Assembly: GCF_004010195.1 (NCBI RefSeq)
Contig: NW_025215102.1
Span: 1 to 32,450 of the forward strand
Origin: Chiloscyllium plagiosum
Lineage: Eukaryota
Direction: 5' to 3'
DNA length: 32,450 nucleotides
Every line of letters begins with the position of its first letter. The first letter of the stretch is position 1. The notes beneath the pieces are model-generated. The model ran no database searches. It was not told the DNA's origin and was given only the letters and a program-made list of their open reading frames with translations. Positions 23,406 to 32,450 of this stretch are shown one piece after another. A program made the position numbers and the translations under genes.

Positions 23406-23716
23406 TAGATTAGATTACTTTACAGTGTGGAAACAGGCCCTTCGGCCCAACACGTCCACACCGACCCGCCGAAGCGTAACCCACCCATACCCCTACATTT
23501 ACCCCTTACCCAACACTACGGGCAGTTTAGCATGGCCAATTCACCTGACCTGCACATCTTTGGACTGTGGGAGGAAACCGGAGCACCCGGAGGAAACCCA
23601 CGCAGACACGGGGAGAACGTGCAAACTCCACACAGTCAGTCGCCTGAGGCGGGAATTGAACCCGGATCTCTGGCGCTGCGAGGCAGCAGTGCTAACCACT
23701 GTGCCACCGTGCCGCC
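23406..23716 (-). mobile_element. Young full-length HE1-type SINE
   Basis: Near-complete reverse complement of 1053-1366, with CpGs retained and a possible TGTTTT duplication on both sides. Confidence 0.92.
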
Positions 23717-23929
23717 GTGTTTTGTGACTACGAAGAATACAAGAGGCTGTGGACCCTCTCCTAAACACTGTTTGGAGAATATGTTCCAAATTGTAGATAT
23801 ATTTTGTGTTTTACTGTCCAAGACTATTGAAATAAGGCCAGTTTCAATTTTATTAGAGTGGTCTAGAAGGACTGAACGCTCTTGTGTACCTCATTCTGAG
23901 TTCAAGCATTAGTGTGCTGTAAAGGTCAC

Positions 23930-24500
23930 AGTGGAATGAGGAACCCCTAATCACCTCTACTTTGCCTGAGTGCTGTAAAACTGTATCAAAAAGAATCAGG
24001 GCAAAGGAAGTTCAATTCAGCCTACAAAACCAAGAATCCCAACAATCATCTGTTTAAATGCTAACATTAACATTACTGAACTTCACAACAATGGCCATAA
24101 CATTCAACTATCTGCTCTACATGATCAATTCAGAAACTGGTCCATATATCTGGTTATTCTAAGTTTTATATTTTTTGATTTCCCCTCCAACCTCTAATCT
24201 GTATATGTTTGTGTTGTATTCCTAATTCTTCTAGCATCTAGTAATTAAGAAACTCACCCATTTTGTTATTTCAGGAAAGCCTGGTTAAATTGGCCCCTTT
24301 GAAAAGATAACTTCATTGGGTCAGGGAGGACAGTATCCACAAAGGGAGGGGTTCTTTCTAAATAAACCATGTTTTAACCAGCCAAGCTGGTGGGTGATAA
24401 AGGGGTGTCTATTCATTCCTCCTCATCTGAGAGCTTAACAAGTTGGGAATGCCTTCTGGAACTGTAATGAATTGGAAAACCTCATCCAGGGTTTGAATCT
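23930..24500 (+). mobile_element. Possible degraded LTR 3' part with a PBS-like sequence
   Basis: Ends CCTCATCTGAGAGCTTAACA (24440), followed by AGTTGGG...AATTGGAAAACCTCATCCAGGG, which resembles a Gypsy LTR-PBS junction. The 5' boundary is uncertain. Confidence 0.35.
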
Positions 24501-25325
24501 CACAAAAGTGTGGCCATATCTCTTTGATACTTAAATGGTTTCAATGTATAAATTAGCACTTGAATTAACAAAACCTTTCTTGGAAAGTTTTTTCATTTGG
24601 AAGTCTAAGTGGTTCTACCAGAAAAGATACATACCTTGTAATAATTATTTAAAGTTTTAGATCTTTCCTTTTTCACCATGTATTACAACTATATAGTCAT
24701 TATTATACAAGAAAACTCCATGTATAATTGGTTGATCACATACTAGGTTGAAATTTCAGGCAATGACAAATTGCTACTGACCAAGTGCAGAACGTAGCCA
24801 ACACAAGATGGGCATATTAGAATGAAAAGTATTCATGAGCAACTTCAGAAACATTGCAATGAAGAATCAATAGGTAGCAAAAAGCTACCACTAGCAAGAA
24901 GCAGAAAATAAATCTATAAATCTATAAATGTTTTAAATTTGTTTTAGTCATTTTTAGAAAATACCTTTGGCCAACATCATGTTATCTCCAGTGAGCTGTC
25001 AACTTTAAAAGTTAAAAAAAGTTAACAAAATATAATTAAATATATCTGTACAGTAGCTGTCCCAGTTTGGAAATACTCCAAAAATATTTTAAATCTGCCT
25101 AAGTGGCTAATATTTTGAATTTGTGGAAGATCCTAGAGATATAACTTTTAGTGAAACAACTCAATGAGCTAAGGTGCTTATGTACGTTGTTTTGACCTTT
25201 GTTTTGATGGTTGACAATAAGATAGATCATTGACAATGCAAATCAGGACATACTAAAGGAGGGAAAGTGGTCTAGCAACACACACATGTTATTGCTGCAG
25301 TAGAGCGTACCTCTTTGAGATCTAG

Positions 25326-25625
25326 GCCGCTCAGTGGTTAGCACTGCTGCTTCACAGCATCAGGGACCTGAGTTTGATTCCACCCTTGGAGTTTGCACTG
25401 TGGGTTTGCTTGAAGTGCCTGTGGGTTTCCTCCGACAGTCCAAAGATGTGCAGGTTAAGTGGATTGGCCATGCTCAATTGCCTATAGTACCCAGGGATGT
25501 ACAGGATTCCATGGCAAATGGAGGGTAAAAGGGATAAAGTTGCGGGTGGTCTCGGTGGGATGCTCTTCAGAGGGCCAGTGCCGACTCGATGGGCCAAATG
25601 GACTGCTTCCACATGAATCCAATGA
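25326..25625 (+). mobile_element. Degraded, internally deleted HE1-type SINE
   Basis: CAGTGGTTAGCACTGCTGCTTCACAGC head, CAGTCCAAAGATGTGCAGGTTAAGTGGATTGGCCATGC body and ATGGGCCAAATGG tail. Confidence 0.85.
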
Positions 25626-25652
25626 ATTAGAGTTTGAGTCTTTTTTTTAATT

Positions 25653-27000
25653 AGTAACTGGTAGGATTTTTCTGTGTGCTTGAAGTTAATAGTTAACTTG
25701 TAAGCATTTCTGTGTCCATGGTGATTCATTCGAAAAACAGTTTTGGTTGAAGCCCACTGTTGAGTGATTGGTTGGCAAATGATGGGCTTGTCTATTTTAA
25801 ATTTATTTGTGACTCAGCATGATAAATAATTGGGCCTAAAAGGTTGATTCAGGAGTTCATAGATTCATAGAGATGTACAGCATGGAAACAGACCCTTCGG
25901 TCCAACCCATCCATTCTGACCAGATATCCCTACCCAATCTAGTCCCACCTGCCAGCACCCAGCCCATATCCTTCCAAACCCTTCCTATTCATATACCCAT
26001 CCAAATGCCTTTTAAATGTTGCAATTGTACCGCCTCCACCACTTCTTCTGGCAGCTCATTTCATACATGCACCACCCTCTGCGTGAAAAAGTTGCCCCTT
26101 AGGTCTCTTTTATATCTTTCCCCTCTCACCCTAAACCTATGCCCTCTAGCTCTGGACTTCCCGACCCCAGGCAAAAGACTTTGTCTATTTATCCTATCCA
26201 TGCCCCTCATAATTTTGTAAATTTCTAAGGTCACCCCTCAACGTCCGAAGCTCCAGGAAAAACAGCCCCAGCCTGTTCAGCCTCTCCCTATAGCTCGAAT
26301 CCTCCAACCCTGGCATTTAGAATATTTTAATCTGAAGAGAAATGACCATGACTGAGAGATTTTTAGGTTCACTTTTAACTCTGGGTAGTTTTTTTTCATC
26401 CTGTGAAGATATTGGAAAAAGTTGACTGTGTAGAACAGCAATCCTGAGAAGACAATGATTTAGTGGGTTGGGTCCTGAGAGTAAAATGTTTGTTTTGATT
26501 CCAGACCCAATAATGATCTGAAAGTGGTTAATTGGGCTAAGAGCAATGAGGCTCCAGTGTATAATAGCTCCAGGAAGAGCAACTGAAGCCCCAAGTGACT
26601 TAAACTTAATAAGGTGATAAATATAGGCACACTGGTAGGAGTATTATATGAGTGTTTTCTTTTTGGGGTTATTGTAACAGCAGTGGTGTTTTGAGAACTG
26701 TACTAAGAATGCTTTGGGCACTATTCAAAAACTGTTTTGTTTCTTTTCAAATTAGAAAGAAGTGGGATGAATAAAATTATACTTTTATTTTGCATTTAAA
26801 ATCTTTCAATTTGAGTTATAAGTGGATGGTTTGGATTAGTTTATTTTGTCATCATTTCCATTTTGTTAGTAAAGCAAAATCTGCATCATTTCCTACTTAT
26901 GTTTCAGCAAGAAACCACTTTGTTAAAATCAAAACAATTGAAGATAAGATCTACAAGTTGGATTGGACTTGTCTGTTATTAACATTTGCTGGAACAGTTG
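25653..27000 (+). mobile_element. Possible old LTR-like repeat split by the CR1 at 25857
   Basis: Ends GGACTTGTCTGTTATTAACA..., resembling recalled shark LTR ends. Boundaries and identity are weakly supported. Confidence 0.25.
25857..26315 (-). mobile_element. Fairly young 5'-truncated HER1/CR1 LINE 3' end
   Basis: Same tail as at 2920 (CATAGAGATGTACAGCATGGAAACAGACCCTTCGGTCCAACCC). The minus strand encodes the CR1 ORF2 C-terminus (LNRLGLF...WNELPEEVVEA). Confidence 0.9.
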
Positions 27001-27669
27001 AAGAGGCTGGACAGTTGCTTGGACGTGGTTAGACAGAATCCTAAAGGAATAGCAGCATATTTGAACAAGCAGACTGGAATAGTTTTGTGAAAGCCTCTTA
27101 GCACCAAAGTAAGCAGGAAGACGTCTAGATAGATGATATGCTGCTTGAGCAAGTGCTTAATTTATAGAACTTAGTAACTGAGGATATTCAGCAGAACACA
27201 ATGGAGCATTTAATGGTGTTAAATGACAGATTGCTGAAAATGACTGTAGACATCAATGGACATTAAATCACCTAATTTGGAATGACACGTGATCCCAAAT
27301 GATAGTGTAAAATTAGCATCAATGTTCAATGGTCAACATGGATTGAATGCGTTGGAATACTCATCTTTACAAATGACTGCAATCAGACACTGTTCAGCAT
27401 ATAATGATGTTAAAATTTGTTTTAGGGAAGTGGTCCCATTCTAGTCTTTTAGAAAACTGCTTTATGTAAGAATATAGGGAACAGGGAGATCTGAGAGCGG
27501 ATTTGTTGAGGCACTAATTAGGTTAGCAGGAAGATATTTATCCAAATTACAGAGGTACTCCTGGCAGCCTTAGTATTGGTAAATCTAGATGACGACGGAA
27601 TGCAGTGAGTGGGGAAATAAATTGGGTGAAATGCCTCCAACAAATACATCACCAACAAAAGTAAATCAG

Positions 27670-27987
27670 TTCATAGAATCCCGACAATATGGAAACAGGC
27701 CATACCACTCTGAAGAGTAACCCACTCCCCCCCTCCCACCTTATGTTTACCCCTGACTAGTGCAACTAATTTACATATCCCTGAACATTATGGGCATTTT
27801 AGCATGGCCAATTCAACTGGCCTGCACATCTTTGAACTGTGGGAGGAAACCAGAGCACCCAGAGGAAACCCACGCAGACATGGAGAGCATGCAAACTCCA
27901 CACAGACAGTTGCCCAAGGCTGGGATCAAACCCGGTCCCTATTATTGTGAGGCAGCAGTGGTAATCACTGAGCTACAGTGCCACCCA
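27670..27987 (-). mobile_element. Degraded HE1-type SINE
   Basis: TTTAGCATGGCCAATTCA...GGAGGAAACCAGAGCACCCAGAGGAAACCCACGCAGACA...GAGGCAGCAGTG. Confidence 0.88.
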
Positions 27988-28079
27988 AACTTATGGAAAT
28001 GTCAATACAAGGGAAGGAACAAATTGATAAGCAGTTCCCATTAATAATCTACAAATTTAAGGTACAGCTGGAAGGCATG

Positions 28080-29400
28080 AGTCATCTGAGTCATCTGAGA
28101 AAGATTTCTCACAACCAAAAGTGCAGAAAGTGTCACCAACCAGAGTGGATTGAGGTCAAGATGGCAGAGGTTACATGGTGGCCTGAATCTCTGAAGGGCA
28201 CCTGTGAGTGTGAGAGCTTTGTGAGTAGCACATTTATTGAGATGGTTTCCTACAGATTAAAAATACACAGGCAGAGAGGGAGTGGTTGACCATCTGAACA
28301 ACAAGTGGAACATGCTGGCAGGGTAGGGACCCCTCAAGGCAACCAGCATCTCTTAATACAACAAGTATTCAGTTTCAAATACTGTTGAAAGTGATAGTTC
28401 TGAGTGAGAAGTGCAGCCAGTGACAAATCCACAGCACCATTGCTGGCTCAGCTGCATGGGCTTAGGCTGGTGGAAGAAAGGGTAGTAAGAGTAGACATAG
28501 CATGGGATTTGAATGGTAAAATAGAGTTTCTGTAGCCACAGCTGTGAGAACAGATGTTACGTTACCTCCATGTTAGTTACGTCAAAAGATATCACTGAGC
28601 TGTGTCAAGTTGTCCTGACGAATGGGTGGGGAGTGGGCAGAGGGGTGGTGGTTGGGAAGCAGGGTCAGGGGTCAGTCAACAGTTAGCGATTGTGATTCAT
28701 ATTGTGAATAATATAGACAAAAAAGGAGACAAGGTCTTGAAGGCAAAAGTTTCAGGAGAGAGATAACAGATTGAAAAGCAAGACCTCAAAAGGTAATAGA
28801 TCTCTGAATTGCTCCCAGTGACGTTTTCTACATTAATAGCAAGATAGAAGAGATGAAAACATGATTAGAGAGATAGTTCAGGAAGTGGGGGCTTCTGATT
28901 TCTGAGGCATGGGGAAAGTTACTCGGGTCAGACCAGAGTTACAGCACCTCAACAAGACTGGGGCCCAAGTCCTCGAAAAGTATATTGTTGGTACTATTCA
29001 GTAAGTTTTATATTTGGCAAGGGAGTGATTGTAGATTTAGAAATGGGAGGCAGAAAATTAGTCAGCATGTTGGAAAGGCAAAGGAAACAAAGACTAGGAA
29101 ACAGACAGGAAAGGAGTTTGATCATGTTAAAAATTATACACATCAGCGCAAGAAGCCGAGGGAATAGGCGGATCAGCTGATAGCACAGGTTGACATATGT
29201 GATTATTATGTTATAACAATTACTGAGACATCTCAACATTCCTGGTTACTAAATTTTTAGACAGAAGATACATCAAGGAAGAGGCACAATATTGATGAAA
29301 GAAACCAAATTGGAATTGAGGATGGATAATCTGGTGGATTATCCAATCATCAAACTGGGACAAAAGCAATAAACTGACGATCAGAAAAAGGACAGTAACA
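28080..29400 (+). mobile_element. Degraded 5' part of a CR1 LINE: ORF1 (CxxC and SGNH-esterase remnants) and the start of the ORF2 endonuclease
   Basis: CRKC at ~28122; LP...VKDITE; VIHI..N.; KSKTSK...S.LLPV; M..W.....GF.FL.HW; HLNKTG..VL; and Y.V..ITET at ~29207. Many stops. Confidence 0.7.
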
Positions 29401-29409
29401 CTACTACAC

Positions 29410-30400
29410 ATTTCCCATCGATTTCAAAAGAGTGAGGAAGACAGAACAGCAAATCTTCCATCTGCCTTCTCCTTTCTGAGGAAAACAGTCCCAGCTTCTC
29501 CAATCTATCCTTGCCATTGAAGTGTCTCAGCCCTGGAACCATTCTTATAAACCTCTTCTTCATTCACTCACATCCTTCCCAAAGTGTGGTGTCTGGGACT
29601 ATGCACAGTGCTCCAGCTGAGGTTTAACCAATATCCAACAACTGCTTGTTTTTGTACTCTATGACTTTATTAAATGAAGACTAGAATTTTTTTTTTTAAT
29701 TGCTGTCTACCTATCCTGCCTTACTGAGTGACAAATACACCCAAAATGCAATCTGCTCCTATAAACTCTATAGAAGTATTCCATATTTCTCACAATGTTC
29801 TTCGTACCAAACTGCATTGCACACATCTTTGCATTGAATTTAATCTGTTAACTTTCGCCCACTTGTCAAAGTCCTTCAAAACTATGCACTGTCTTCCTTG
29901 CAGTTTACAATTCTCCTAAATTTTGTGCCCTCCAAGATCTAGATCATTTAATTATCAGGAAAGCAAGTATCCTGGGAAATTCCAAATCAAAACTCCCTCT
30001 GACTCAAAAAATACAAATTAACCATTACACTTCGTTTTTTTATATTTCAGGCAATTTTACGTACAGGTTGCTGCTGTTCCTTTTATTCCATGGCCTATAA
30101 CATTTCTCAAGCCTGTTGTGTGGTACTGTATCAAACAATCTCTGGAAGTCCATGTGAACCATATCAATAACCTTGCTCTCATCAACACTGTCTGTTACTT
30201 CCTCAAAAAAACACCAGCAAGTTAGTTACGCACTGTTTCCCTGTAACAAATCTATATTGATTTCTGAATTAAGCCATGCTTTAACATGAGATTATTCATT
30301 TTATCCCAAATAATTGTTTCTGCAAGTTTTTCCAGCACCAAAATTAAATAATAATTTTATAATCACTATGCGTATCTTTACAATACTTTTTGAACAGCAA
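29410..30400 (-). mobile_element. Degraded CR1 ORF2 RT region, opposite in orientation to the adjacent 5' part
   Basis: ORF 29381-29563 reads KRFIRMVPGLRHF..KDRLEKLGLFS.ERR. An MDFQRLFDTVPH.RL remnant lies at ~30110-30155. Confidence 0.75.
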
Positions 30401-30476
30401 TGCTACATAACGTCGTTATGAAATAAAAGCTTGTTGCTCATTATCATTAACAATACTTATTCCAGCACAAGGGAAA

Positions 30477-30764
30477 ATGATGGCCTAGTGGTAGTATCAC
30501 TAGATTATTAATCTAGATTATTATTTGGACCTGGGTTCAAACTTGAATTTAACAATAATCTAGAAATAAGAGTGTCCTGATTAACAAAGTCAATTTGTCA
30601 GGAAAAACCCATCTGGTTTACTAATGTAATTTAGGGAAGGAAATCTGCCATCCTTACCTGGTTTGGCTGACATATGACTCCAAACCTATAGCAATGTAAT
30701 TCACTTCTCACTATCCTTTGGTCAATTTGGGATGGGCGATGCCAATATCTGTGATGAATAAAAA
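30477..30764 (+). mobile_element. SacSINE1-like Deu-domain SINE, degraded
   Basis: A box TGGCCTAGTGG, B box GGTTCAAAC, central AAACCCATCTGGTTTACTAATG...GGAAGGAAATCTGCCATCCTTACCTGG...TGACTCCA, and tail GGGATGGGC...GATGAATAAAAA. Confidence 0.7.
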
Positions 30765-32382
30765 CAAAGTCTGAAACTTTATTGCACTATATCATACTTA
30801 GAAAACAGATCTATCTTGAAAATGGAGATTTAAAAGAAAGCAACCAACTGTGGGTTGAGCTGTGAATACTGTAGTCAAGAGAAAATTGTTCATAACTTTT
30901 CTACTAGGAAGCAAACAGATGAAATAGAGTCAAGAAATCTGTTGAAAAATAAAATTACTTGATCATGTGTGTGTCCCTTGTCACTTTTGTTTGATTAGTT
31001 ACAGCCCGTGTAAAATAGATCTAGTTTGTAACTTAAGTATGAACCTGGCAAAAAGCACAATGGAATCCTGTACTGCTCACATAAATAAACTCCTCCTCCT
31101 AAACTATTAGGGATAACTTTGTTTAAAATTTTAAATCAGCAACATCAGCTCAGTAGAATTCAGAAATTACACAAGTGAGCATCTGATTTGAAAAAAGGTT
31201 GACCCTTCTATGTGTCTCACCTCAATAAAAATATATGGAAAAAATTGTCAATTAATGCCTGGTTTCCTCCACACCTCTTTCTTTAACATGCATTTGGAAT
31301 GGTTATAGGCAGTAAAATATCCTAGGCGGTGAGCTGGAACCAAATAGGAAAAACAGCCAAATGTAAAGGAAGCTGACTTTCTTTACATAAAGTATTTTAA
31401 TCATTGGAAGGGCAGAATATTTCATTCCAAACTTGGTATGTTTTTCACTAAGGGATTTTATTTAATTTGAGCTATCAAACCGCTATTAATATGACAGGCT
31501 TGGTAGAGGCTGACTTAAAGAAGGTCAAATAATCAACATCTGGAAAGGTAGCTCATTTATCATAACCCGACAAATATGTCAGAAACATAACCTCATCAGA
31601 GTAAGATAGCATCATGTAAAAGGTTAATGTATGTAAATGCTATAGACATTTCAACACATGGGCTAGCAGTCTTCATAATATTGCATTTAAATTTGTACTT
31701 AATAGTTTGGCTTAATGCTTTTTGCATTTATTAACTATTTGATTGCCTGATTAAATTATTATCTTTCACAAAATAACTTGTATAATATTTGTAAGACAAT
31801 TGCATTGGTAATGAATCAGGGAGCTATATGCAATCTAAAGGCATGAACTCCTTAAAAAGTTGCAATAACAATAGTGACCATTTTTGTGAAATGTTTATTT
31901 TGCCCAGCTCTGAATAAACAATGAATCAAACCACAACAAATAGAAGGTTCCAGCATCATTATTGTGAGTGCAACCAGTTTTATCATGTTATAAAATCCAA
32001 TTAAAAGTAAATCTCAACATTTCTCCAGGAGAAAGTTACACATGGACAGAATTTTCCCAGTCCGTAGATAAAGTTTGCAATAGCAAGATTGTTGGGAAAA
32101 CATGGTAAGGATAAAAAAAATTCTTGATGTTGAGAAACAACAGTCCAATTTTTAATATGATAGCCCATATTTTCCACTAGACAGTTATTTCCCAGCATAG
32201 CTAGGAGTTCAACATGGGGATCCTGAAGAGTTCCAATTCTAGCAAACTCCAAAGGAATTGTCCAGGAAATTAAACTTTACATGGGCAACTCCTCCACATT
32301 TGAAACCCTCCGAACATCTCTATTTAAATTGGAGAATTCAGAGTTCAGATGAAAATAAGTAAAATGGTAATCAGGATAAGTT

Positions 32383-32450
32383 AGAGCTGAAAAATGTGTT
32401 GCTGGAAAAGCGCAGCAGGTCAGGCGGCATCCAAGGAGCAGGAGAATCGA
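32383..32450 (-). mobile_element. PLE pLTR, truncated by the window end
   Basis: Near-identical reverse complement of 386-452. Confidence 0.85.

Noticed and set aside
23425..23912. 100-161 aa ORFs
   Set aside because: They are translations of the HE1 SINE, and similar peptides appear at other SINE copies.
386..32450. Inverted repeat between the window ends as TIRs of a giant element
   Set aside because: Both are copies of a high-copy pLTR also present at 2814, 2999 and 9648. Contigs commonly break in such repeats.

Overview
Eukaryotic, AT-rich, repeat-dense non-coding DNA. The repeat families (HE1 V-SINE, HER1/CR1 LINE tails, a SacSINE1-like Deu-SINE) point to a shark; a bamboo shark is a guess. 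No convincing host protein-coding gene was found: the listed ORFs are retroelement fragments or chance ORFs. Bases 1-486 are a Penelope-like retroelement junction, with an RT fragment (IKPADKG motif) fused to an inverted pLTR that carries a minimal hammerhead ribozyme. Bases ~487-7030 are a 73-bp tandem satellite of roughly 75 monomers with higher-order structure. About half of each monomer resembles a CR1 LINE 3' tail, and the array is interrupted by a SINE, a tiny PLE piece, and a CR1 with a nested PLE and a 176-N gap. The remainder holds a decayed tRNA-Thr(AGT) pseudogene, more HE1 SINEs, nested old and young CR1 fragments, a Rex1/Babar fragment, PLE pLTRs with decayed hammerheads, probable LTR remnants and a few unverified candidate exons. 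Family names come from recalled consensus sequences, not from database searches.
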